Assembly (NCBI GenBank): GCA_963668675.2 | Contig: CAXXMB010000002.1 | Coordinates: 1,600,001-1,664,000 of the forward strand | Source of the DNA: an uncultured Desulfatitalea sp. | GTDB taxonomy: Bacteria; Desulfobacterota; Desulfobacteria; Desulfobacterales; Desulfosarcinaceae | Reading direction: 5' to 3' | DNA length: 64,000 bases | Part shown: piece by piece, positions 39,656 to 48,700 of the stretch | Numbering within the stretch: the first letter of the stretch is position 1 | Layout of the letters: every line of letters starts with the position of its first letter | Made by a program: the position numbers and the translations under genes | The notes under the pieces: model-generated | Seen by the model: the letters and a program-made list of their open reading frames with translations, nothing else | The model's database searches: none | What the model was told of the DNA's origin: nothing

Positions 39656-39982
39656 TTACTTCTTCATGGAATTCTTGAAAATCTCCTCGGCCTTTTTTGC
39701 TTTTTCCTCGGCGATGCGCTCCTTTTCAGCTGCGATGCGCTCTCTCTCCTCTGCCCTTTTTTCGGCAGCCTCGGCACGCTCCGCCGCTTCGTTGGCCTTC
39801 ATCAAGGCCTCATCGGCCGCCGCCTTGGCCGCCTGTGCATCCAGGGCCGCCTGGTCCGCTTTCGCGCTGATCGCCATCTCCCGGGCCTGCGCCTCCCTTA
39901 AATCACCTTTTGTGGCGCAACCCCCAAGGCCGAAGGCCAGAGCAAGCATCACCGAAATCATCAATATACTTTTTTTCATCAT
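39656..39982 (-). CDS. Lpp/OprI-like alanine-zipper lipoprotein
   Basis: Lipobox LGGC, Ala/Glu/Lys-rich helix, ends in SMKK. Confidence 0.8.
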   Translation of the reverse strand: MMKKSILMISVMLALAFGLGGCATKGDLREAQAREMAISAKADQAALDAQAAKAAADEALMKANEAAERAEAAEKRAEERERIAAEKERIAEEKAKKAEEIFKNSMKK

Positions 39983-40080
39983 GTGTTACCTCCCTTCTGA
40001 GTGTTTTCTATACCATAACAGCGACTGTGAAATGTCGTGTTACATCAAAAAATAACCCTGTCGATTATTTGCCCCTTTGG

Positions 40081-41445
40081 CTATTTATGCTTCACGGGTG
40101 CGACCAATATGCCGTCAATTTCCAGATCAATATTCATGCGCTTTGACGCACGCCTGGCCTCTCTGTTGGTATTGAACGGGCCAGCGAGAACGCGATGCCT
40201 GCCGCTCTTTGAAAGCACCTGTGCGGGAATTTGCGGCCCCTGGTGGTTGAGAATGGTGGCGAGCCTGTGCGCCTCAACCTCGTCGCGCATACTGGCAGCC
40301 AACACATACCACGCATCGGTTCTGAGCTCAGGCACCTGCGGCTGGCCGTAAAGCTTGACCGGGTGTCTTAGTTTCAGGGGTTTCGCGACGGCCGTTTTGC
40401 CACCGGCACCGATGGTGGATACCGCAACAGGGATCCCTCGGGCCTCGGCCACGACCTTCCTGACCTTGTACCAGTCAAGCGTGAGGCCGGTTTTCTTCTC
40501 AATCTTTTTCATTTTCGCATAGGCCCTCTTCAACCCGGCTGTGCCTGATTCTTCGAAGGGCAAATGGGCTTCCAGGTAAACCACCCCATCACGCCGGCCT
40601 ACGAGATAGGGTTGGTACACCACCCTTACGGGTGTTTTTACCGGGGTGGTATCGAACAGCTGCTTTATGTCCTCCGGGTAAAGTCTGATGCAGCCGTTGG
40701 TTGCCCTCAGGCCGACGCTGGCCGGCTTGTTGGTTCCATGGACCAGATACTCAGATCGGCTCAAGTAGAGTGCGTGTTCACCCAAGGGGTTCAGAGGCCC
40801 AGGCGGCACCGCGGCTGGCAGCGGATCACCCTTTTTGCGGTGGTCTGCTGCAATCGAAGCCGGCACAAACCAAGTCGGCCGCAATTTCTTGCGTGTGATA
40901 TACATTCGGCCTCTGGGCGTGGGCCGCTCAGCGGTGCCGACACCAACAGGATACGTCGCAACAGCCTGCACGTTTCCGTCTCTTTTGAAGTGAAAGAGCC
41001 TCATAGCGGCCAAATTGATCACGATGCCTTTTCTCTCCGCCGCGGGCAGGATAAAGCTCAACGGCAGCACAATACGTTCTCCGGCTTTGGGCACCCATAC
41101 ATCGACCCCTGGGTTGGTGGCACTTACCGTATTGATCCCCAGGCTGAAGTGGCGAGCGATATCCGGCAGCGTGTCCCCGCTTTTTAGTCTGATGGTCGCC
41201 AGCCGGCCGATAACGTCGTCTTTTCCATCTACCAGAAAGTAATTTTTTTCGATACTATCCGGCGCCTGGCCGGGTAGCGGCAGTATCGCCAGAACTTCCC
41301 TGGTAACGGCGCACCCATTTAGGAATAGGGTGCAGATCGACAGCACTAGAAAACAGCAAACAATCGACCGGGAAAGTCGGGCCAAAAATCGGCCCGGAAC
41401 CTTAGGCCCAATCTTGCTGGATGAATAAAAATTGATAGCCATCAA
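40081..41445 (-). CDS. L,D-transpeptidase (ErfK/YcfS-like) with LysM-like and SPOR domains
   Basis: DTLPDIARHF, VINLAAMRL, YPVGVG, PPGP.NPLG, HGTN...TNGCIRL; C-terminal HRVLAGPF. Confidence 0.88.
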   Translation of the reverse strand: MMAINFYSSSKIGPKVPGRFLARLSRSIVCCFLVLSICTLFLNGCAVTREVLAILPLPGQAPDSIEKNYFLVDGKDDVIGRLATIRLKSGDTLPDIARHFSLGINTVSATNPGVDVWVPKAGERIVLPLSFILPAAERKGIVINLAAMRLFHFKRDGNVQAVATYPVGVGTAERPTPRGRMYITRKKLRPTWFVPASIAADHRKKGDPLPAAVPPGPLNPLGEHALYLSRSEYLVHGTNKPASVGLRATNGCIRLYPEDIKQLFDTTPVKTPVRVVYQPYLVGRRDGVVYLEAHLPFEESGTAGLKRAYAKMKKIEKKTGLTLDWYKVRKVVAEARGIPVAVSTIGAGGKTAVAKPLKLRHPVKLYGQPQVPELRTDAWYVLAASMRDEVEAHRLATILNHQGPQIPAQVLSKSGRHRVLAGPFNTNREARRASKRMNIDLEIDGILVAPVKHK

Positions 41446-41885
41446 TCAGAAAAACCGGATCATAATGCAATGCAAAGTTCCATTCCATCACAGTAGCAGC
41501 GGGATACGCCATTATCTAATGGTTTGCATGAAGATTAAAAAATCAAACAAATGAATTGAAGGATTAAAGTCACCAAGTATCGCGACCACTATCAAAACTG
41601 TGACATCTGAACCTTTTTTTCACTCGCTCTTGCCCTGTGCGAAAGCTGGCCGGCAATGGGGTCGGAACCTGTACATAGGCTATCTCGTTGAAAAAAAAGT
41701 TAATACACAACACGACCCCATACGTCCAACCGAAAACGAAGAGCGGATTGCTCTGTGTGAATTGTATACCATGCAAATATGCCGCCAGGATTTTTGTCGA
41801 TTTCACCTGATGATGAAAACCAGGGAATATAGAGAAGAGCATACAAATCATATTATTAAACCGGCAATTAAATAGGCCAACCTTT

Positions 41886-41970
41886 GTCATCCCGGACTTG
41901 ATCCGGGATCCAGGAACGGTCTGGATAGCGCCAAGGCTTCACTGCGTGCCCGGCCTCCGCCGGAATGACG
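41886..41970. repeat. GTCAT-CCGG-type palindromic repeat
   Basis: GTCATCCCGGACTTGATCCGGGATCCAG...CCGGCCTCCGCCGGAATGACG. Confidence 0.75.
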
Positions 41971-42156
41971 ATTGCTAAGGTAATCAATTGCCGGGTTAAT
42001 AACAAATCGCTAAACAGTTTTCGATGTCGCTCGACGGGACACTGCTCGGTTTCCATATAAGATTCAGGTATTATTGTATTGGAACAGGACATCCTGATTA
42101 ATCCGCAACATGAGCCGCATACTAAACCTATCGATTCAATACGAAAGGGGAGCATC

Positions 42157-42915
42157 ATGGCGAATAAAATAGCACTCGTTACCGGCGGCAGCCGGGGATT
42201 GGGCAAAAGCACTATTATTCATCTGGCCAAAAAAGGCGTAGACGGGATTCTGACCTATCACACCAGGCAAGACGACGCCCGGAAGGTGGTGGCCGAGGTG
42301 GAGCAAATCGGGCAAAAGGCCGTTGCCCTTCAGTTGGATACGGGAGAGATCAAGGGGTTTGAAGCATTTGCCGGACAAGTAAAGAAAACGCTGCAGGAGG
42401 TTTGGCAACGGGACCGATTCGATTTTCTGGTGAACAACGCGGGGATTGGGTTGCACACCCCGTTTGGCCAAACCACAGAGGATCAATTCGACCAATTGAT
42501 GAATATCCATTTGAAGGGCGTCTTTTTTCTGACCCAGGCATTGTCGCGCCTCATTGCCGACGGGGGGCGCATCGTCAATCTCTCCAGCGGATTGGCCCGC
42601 TTTTCCATGCCAGGGTTTTCGGTTTACGCAGCCATGAAGGGCGCCATAGAAGTGCTCACACGCTATATGGCGCTGGAACTCGGCGACCGCCGGATCACGG
42701 TGAATGCAGTCGCCCCCGGGGCTATTGAGACCGATTTCGGCGGCGGCATGGTCCGAGACAACAAAGAGGTGAACAGCTTTATCGCCTCCCAGACCGCACT
42801 GGGCCGGGTAGGCCTGCCCGGCGATATTGGCGGCGCGATTGCATCCCTGATAGGTGAAGAGAGCGGCTGGATCAATGGTCAACGCATCGAGGTATCGGGA
42901 GGGATTCATCTGTAG
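42157..42915 (+). CDS. Short-chain dehydrogenase/reductase
   Basis: TGGSRGLG, NNAG, YAAMK, VAPG. Confidence 0.92.
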   Translation: MANKIALVTGGSRGLGKSTIIHLAKKGVDGILTYHTRQDDARKVVAEVEQIGQKAVALQLDTGEIKGFEAFAGQVKKTLQEVWQRDRFDFLVNNAGIGLHTPFGQTTEDQFDQLMNIHLKGVFFLTQALSRLIADGGRIVNLSSGLARFSMPGFSVYAAMKGAIEVLTRYMALELGDRRITVNAVAPGAIETDFGGGMVRDNKEVNSFIASQTALGRVGLPGDIGGAIASLIGEESGWINGQRIEVSGGIHL

Positions 42916-42917
42916 AG

Positions 42918-42944
42918 GGGGACGCCCATAAAATTATAATTTTC
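42918..42944 (+). repeat. 27-bp GGGGAC-headed repeat, copy 1 (inverted relative to copies 2 and 3)
   Basis: GGGGACGCCCATAAAATTATAATTTTC, between the SDR stop and the transposase stop. Confidence 0.9.
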
Positions 42945-42946
42945 TG

Positions 42947-43954
42947 CTAACTATCTATCAAATCGTACCCTTCATTTAGAACCATCTGCTCACCCCGTCT
43001 GGCGCAAATACTGACAGATGGCTGCGATATCTTCAGAACTTCCGCCAATCGGGTCATGGTAAAGCCCAATTCAGTGGTCGCCCAGTAGCAAAACAAACTG
43101 CGCGCTTTGACCTTGGACGGTTGTTTGCCGGGGATGAAAATCTGCGCCGGATCGACGCCGACCAACGTCGCGGCGCGTTGGGCGACACGATCCAGAGTCC
43201 AGCCCTCAGCCTCGAGGGCGCATCTGCGTTGCAGCGATTCATCTGCCGCCTTGAGGACATCTTCGACAAAATCCGAATCGCCTAAAATACGCTCGTCGCT
43301 CTTAACATGGATGTTGGCTTTGCGAAGTGATTTGATCACCGCCCAGCCGCCAGCGCTGCGAACCAGTCCCCCGCCGATCAGATCCGGCCGTTTCCCCATT
43401 TCGATGCCCTGCGCCAGATACGCTTTGTAGCGCCGCCGAGCCGTTGTTTTCCGATCGGAAAACAGGTTGAGGGCATAGGCCGTATCCTGCCAATCGCACG
43501 CCTTCTTTCCCATGATCGCGCCATGGCCGCTAAACGGGTAGCGATCCAGTTTGTTTAAATCGGCTACCAGTCTCGCGCGCAACGGATTCAGGTGAATATA
43601 GCGGATCAGCTCCAGCAGGTAGGTCTCCTCCTGGCACAGGATCGATTTGTAGCGGTTCTGAAAAAGCCGGCCGCTGCGCCGATGCCTGCGGTTGAAGGCC
43701 ACGGCATGGCCGGTCAACAGCCGGCCCATAACAGTAGACAGCGGCTGGTTGCCGCTGCGCAGCAGCAGATGAAAATGGTTGGGAATCAAGGCCCAGGCAA
43801 AACAACGGGTCTTCGAATCGGAAAGAACCTTGCCCAGCCGCTTGAGAAAATCATAGCGGTCAGTATCGTCCTTGAATATCGTCCTGCGCTCGATCCCCCT
43901 TACGATCACATGGTGCAACGCACCAGGGGCGTCTATCCTTGCTTGGCGTGGCAT
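42947..43954 (-). mobile_element. RAYT-like HUH (Y1) transposase with C-terminal HTH extension
   Basis: MPRQARID.PG..HHV..RG, NHFHLL (HUH), LFQNRYKS, RYIHLNP (catalytic Tyr). Confidence 0.88.
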
Positions 43955-43986
43955 GCCTGAACAACTAACATATGAAGATCGCAAAG

Positions 43987-44013
43987 GAAAGTTATAATTT
44001 TATGGATGTCCCC
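43987..44013 (-). repeat. 27-bp GGGGAC-headed repeat, copy 2
   Basis: Reverse complement GGGGACATCCATAAAATTATAACTTTC, 24/27 identical to copy 1. Confidence 0.9.
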
Positions 44014-44027
44014 AACATACATTTGAC

Positions 44028-44056
44028 TTGATTGAATGTCTTTCATTCCTTATAAT
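44028..44056 (+). promoter_or_regulatory. Sigma70 promoter of the toxin-antitoxin pair
   Basis: TTGATT-17 bp-TATAAT, with inverted repeat GAATG-N5-CATTC in the spacer. Confidence 0.6.
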
Positions 44057-44092
44057 CCTGTTAATATAGATAAAATACGATGAGGGATATAA

Positions 44093-44383
44093 ATGAAGAC
44101 AGACCAATTAATATCAATGCTGAACCAATATAAAAAAACGCACAGCCGTCAGTACGGCATCAAACGTCTTGGTCTGTTCGGCTCCATAGCCAAAGGTACA
44201 TCCAATGATCAAAGCGATATCGATATCGTTGTCGAACTGGAACGGCAGGACCTGTTTTTTCTAATAGGCATAAAGCAAGATTTAGAAGAACAGCTCCACT
44301 CAAAAGTTGATATTGTTAGCTATCGAAATAACATGAATCCCTTCCTGAGACAGCGTATCGACCAAGAGGCATTATATGCATGA
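44093..44383 (+). CDS. Minimal nucleotidyltransferase (MNT/MntA-like antitoxin)
   Basis: LFGSIAKG...SDIDIVV, KVDIV. Confidence 0.88.
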   Translation: MKTDQLISMLNQYKKTHSRQYGIKRLGLFGSIAKGTSNDQSDIDIVVELERQDLFFLIGIKQDLEEQLHSKVDIVSYRNNMNPFLRQRIDQEALYA

Positions 44384-44756
44384 TACGGAATTGGCGATGC
44401 AAATTCTGCTGCAAATAAGGGAGGCGGCCAAGACTATCCTGTGGCGGTTTTCTGCAATTCACCACGCTGATGATTTTACAGGTTCAAATGAAGGAAAAGA
44501 AAAGCTCGACGGCATTTGTATGCAGCTTATCGCAATAGGTGAAAGCCTTAAAAAGATAGATGCGGTTACAAATCATTCGCTTTTAATCAAATACCCTCAG
44601 ATAGAGTGGAAAAAGGCCATGGGATTGAGGGACATTATCACCCACCACTATTTTGACATCAATGCAGAGGCTATTTTCGATGTCTGCAAAACAAAAATAG
44701 AACCACTTCTATCGACCATTGAGAAAATAATTTCCGATATGCAAGAGGAAGAATAA
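44376..44756 (+). CDS. HEPN (DUF86/HepT-like) ribonuclease toxin
   Basis: IGES, YPQIEW, GLRDIITHHY (Rx4H); overlaps the MNT gene. Confidence 0.88.
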   Translation: MHDTELAMQILLQIREAAKTILWRFSAIHHADDFTGSNEGKEKLDGICMQLIAIGESLKKIDAVTNHSLLIKYPQIEWKKAMGLRDIITHHYFDINAEAIFDVCKTKIEPLLSTIEKIISDMQEEE

Positions 44757-45058
44757 TCTCCTCATTAAAAACATTAATAGCAAACCACCTCTTTCCCCTT
44801 AATCCAACCAGCGCCCTTTTTCATTGGCAATAGCCTTCTCCCTCACGGAACCAACTGATTGATGGCAGCTGCTGGCATAGAGATTAAGCCATCGATTAGG
44901 TTGATGGGCAGTCAAAAACAAAAGTGCCGAAAACTCCGGACACTAACCATGGCCCACACTCTATAAAAGGAATTTCGTCTGATTGGACAAGAGCAAAAAA
45001 CGGCGGCTGAGAAAGAAAGATAGACCTCCCAAGCATCCGTATTTCAAACATTTATCTA

Positions 45059-45085
45059 GAAAGTTATAATTTTATGGGCGTCCCC
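45059..45085 (-). repeat. 27-bp GGGGAC-headed repeat, copy 3
   Basis: Reverse complement GGGGACGCCCATAAAATTATAACTTTC, 26/27 identical to copy 1. Confidence 0.9.
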
Positions 45086-45171
45086 ATGGTCTCCCAGGAG
45101 GACTTTATATCTCGCTGATTTTTTAACGTTTTAATATCTGTTGACATAAGGGATATAGAATGTCCCCATGT

Positions 45172-45732
45172 TCAAATTTCTTTTTCTATAAAGCTTATAA
45201 ATTTATAAACCGCGTCTATCTTTTTTTGTTTGTCCATTCCTGTCCACTCTTCTTTGAGAATCTGAGGCATCCTCCCACTGTAAAAAGAATCTAAAACCCA
45301 TGCAGAAACATTTTGCAACTCAGATTTCGAAATAGTTCTTTTAGTATCGTAATTTTCATCAAAAAACGAACCTGTTAAATAATAATAATCCAAATTGATA
45401 ATTGTTTCGAGAAACACTGCATTGAAATAATCATCGCTATTTTTATTTGCAATATTCAAATTTATTTTTTGAAATAGCTGATCAATATTTCTACTTTTAC
45501 TTATCAAGTATTGTTTTGATTTTGTGACATTTGAAGGTATGAAGATAATTTTAGAATTGCCGTCTTTTGCAATGCCTTCTTTTGCTGAACCGGATTCTTC
45601 TAATTTATAAGCTTCGCATAATATGCCTGCAACGCTTAATGCTTCCTTCTTAAAAGAATTGCTACAACTAGTCAAGATAGTAAGTGAACAAAAGAATACT
45701 ATCGATCCCACTATGTAATATTTCTTTTTCAT
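45172..45732 (-). CDS. Putative Rhs immunity lipoprotein
   Basis: Very AT-rich; lipobox LTSC; starts 18 nt after the Rhs stop. Confidence 0.65.
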   Translation of the reverse strand: MKKKYYIVGSIVFFCSLTILTSCSNSFKKEALSVAGILCEAYKLEESGSAKEGIAKDGNSKIIFIPSNVTKSKQYLISKSRNIDQLFQKINLNIANKNSDDYFNAVFLETIINLDYYYLTGSFFDENYDTKRTISKSELQNVSAWVLDSFYSGRMPQILKEEWTGMDKQKKIDAVYKFISFIEKEI

Positions 45733-45750
45733 TATATACTTACTTTCTTT

Positions 45751-48700
45751 CTATGGATGAAAATCACTCATAGGGCCGCGATAGTTTGGAACCATTGGGC
45801 ATCTTGAAAAACGACTATTACCAAAGTTTATCCAACTAATAGCATCAAGTGAAAATTTATCCACTTTCTTCCAACTTCCATACCATTTATCCATCACTTT
45901 GTCTTTGACCTTAAAAAACAACCTTTTAGTGTAACATCTTCCACATTTTTCTTCCCACTCATGACATAAGTAAATATCCCTATGAATTAATTCTTTTTCA
46001 TACCTTTCAAATTTTAAATAAATGCATTGATCAGTCCACCTTTCTTTAAGCCAGGTACCCTTATCAACATTTCCTGTTTTTCTTAAAAAAGGTACCATAA
46101 AAATCTTTAAGCATGGATTTTGTTTCGTCTTGCAAGGTTTCAATCCTTGTGGATCTGTAATATTAATTGGATTACTCAAAACATAAGCATAAGGATTTGC
46201 GCCGCCTTCAAACCCTATAGGATCTGCCCTCAAATATCTCCCCAACCCAGGATCGTAATATCTGTGATAGTTATAGTGCAGCCCAGTTTCATTATCGAAG
46301 TATTGGCCGGCAAACCGCAAATTATTAACAACACTCTCAACCGTAACATCAACCTCCCCAAACGGCAAATAGTCCCCACTCCAAACCACCCCCCCACCAG
46401 CATCCGTCAACCGCTGAGGCGTCCCCAAATGATCACAATGAAAATAGTAAACCGTCCCACCCCCATCAATCATCGCCAAAGGCTGCCCATGCAACCAAAC
46501 ATACGCCTTGACCATATTCCCGGCCGCATCGGTCTCGGCAATCAACTGCCCGGCCTGATCGTAATGAAACAGCACACTGCCCGTCCCCTGCTTCATAGCC
46601 CGCTGGCCGCTGCTGTTGTACGTATAATCATTAGGATCGGTAATAGCCGGCTGCGGGTTGTTGGCCCCGGGAATCCGCTGAACCGTGTTACCGTCGGCAT
46701 CGTACGCGAACAGCTCCGTATGCACCCCGGTAACCGTATGCAACCGGTTGGTGCCCGGGTAGTAGGCGTAGCTGTCCTCATCGCTGTTCTCGGTGCGCGT
46801 CAACCGGTTGCCCACATTGTCGTAGGTATACCCAATGCTTCCATAAACACCGACGGCGCTAGTCAGCCGGTAGAGATCGTCGTACCCGAAACTCTGGCTG
46901 CGCCCGGCATCCAGGTTGTCGGTGATCAGCTCGATGTTGCCCACTGCATCCGGCGTATAGGTCCGGCTCATCACCGTACCCGCCGCCAGCGTGGCGATCT
47001 GGTAGTTCTTATCGTAGCTCTTGCCGACCTGAATGCCGTTGCCCAGGGTCATACCGCTCACCGGCCCGAAGGGCATGTAGGCAATGTTCGAAGCCAGGGT
47101 CTGGCTGCCGTCGAGCACCACGGCGCCGATGCGGGCAGGGTCGGCCGGGTCGGGCTGGTAGGCGACGCTGTGGCCGGTGGGATAGACCATCGTGCGCAGG
47201 TTTCCGGCCGCATCGTAGAGATAGCTGGTGACGAAAATCGTGCCGCCGATAGTGCGCGTTTCGGTCTCCAACTGCCCGTCGGCATTGTAGCTGTATTCCA
47301 CTGTCCCCGACGGGTCAGTCACCGAGGCGAGACGGCCCATCAGGTTGGCGCCGCTGCCCGTGTCGTAGGCCATGGCCACGTTCTCGGCCGGGTCGCTGTA
47401 GAGGATATCGGTCAGCCGTCCGATTAGGTCGTACCGGTACTCGACCGCCTGCCCGTTGTGGGTCTTGAAGCGCAGGTTGCCGGCCGCATCGTAGCTGTAG
47501 AGGCAGTTGCCCGTATCAGGCGAGTCGGTCTCCACCAGTCGTCCCATATCGTCGTATGTGTAGAGGGTCACGTGCCCCTCGGCATCGGTCACCGAGGCGA
47601 GGTTGCCGTGGATGTCGTAGCCGTAGACCGTGGTCACATTCCCCGGCTGGATCACCTGCCACAGCCGGTTGAACTGATCGTAGAGGTACTCGGTCACATT
47701 GCTGTTAGCGTCGGTCACGGACTTGAGATTACCCGAGCCGTCGTAGGCGTAGACCGTCTCCAGGTCGGCGGTGTCGTCGTGGTTGCGGTGCAGGCTCTTC
47801 CACGGCTTGCCCGCCGCCAGGTCCGGGTTGTTGGCCGGATCGCCCCAGTCCGTGCCGCGATAGTGGGTCAGGGTCTCGTCGGCCGCATGGATCGACTCCT
47901 CGGTGCGCTTTCCAAGGCCGTTGTAGGCGTAGTAGACGAAGTTGCCCGACGGGTCCATTATCTTTTCAACGAAGCCCGCATCGTTGTACGCATAGTCCAT
48001 GGTGCGGCTCAAGGCGTCGGTGGCCGTATCCAGCTCGCCGGCCGCCGTGTAGGTGCGGCTGGTGGTGACGCCGTTGCGCGTGGCCGACAACTGCCGGTTG
48101 CGGCCGTCGTAGGTGAAGGTGGTCACCACGCCGTTGACGTCGGTCACCGTCTCCACGTTGCCGGCAGCATCGTAGGTGTAGGAGGTGGTACCCACCAGCG
48201 GCCGCGTCTCAGTCAACCGGTCGCCGGTCGCCGGATCGTAGGTGTAGCTGACCAGGTCCTGGTTGCCGGGCAGCGGCCCGTCGATGCTCTCCACCTGCCC
48301 ATTGGCGGTGTAAGAGTAGGTGGTGATGTACTCGTAACCGCTCAACGCCCCGACCGCATCAAAGGTCGTCCCGCGCTCCACCTTGCGGTGCATCAGCCGT
48401 GTGGGGTTCTCGTTGGAGATGGCGTTGCCGTCATCGTCGTAGTCGAAGATGGTCTCTTTGAAGCCGGCGCTCAGCACCGACTGTTCTAAGATGCTCAACC
48501 GGTCGCCGGTCGCCGGGTGGTAGGTGTAGTAAAAGGTGCGCTCGTCGGCGGTGCCCACGGCCTGGATTTCAGTTTGATAGCGGTCCGTGCTGTCAAAGTT
48601 TGTATATTGGTCGATGCGGCCGTTGGCGTACTCTATTTCAACGACGCGGCGCTGGTCATCATAGCCGTAACGCACGGCATCATCGCCACCGCAACCGGCG

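Noticed and set aside
41570..41890. ORFs 41600-41875 (+) and 41570-41890 (-)
   Set aside because: AT-rich intergenic sequence with no motifs; one overlaps a repeat
44925..44950. AAACTCCGGACAC resembling an IS3-family end
   Set aside because: Too short, with no partner end or transposase
42918..45085. 27-bp repeats interpreted as a CRISPR array
   Set aside because: About 1-kb gene-containing spacing, mixed orientation and no cas genes
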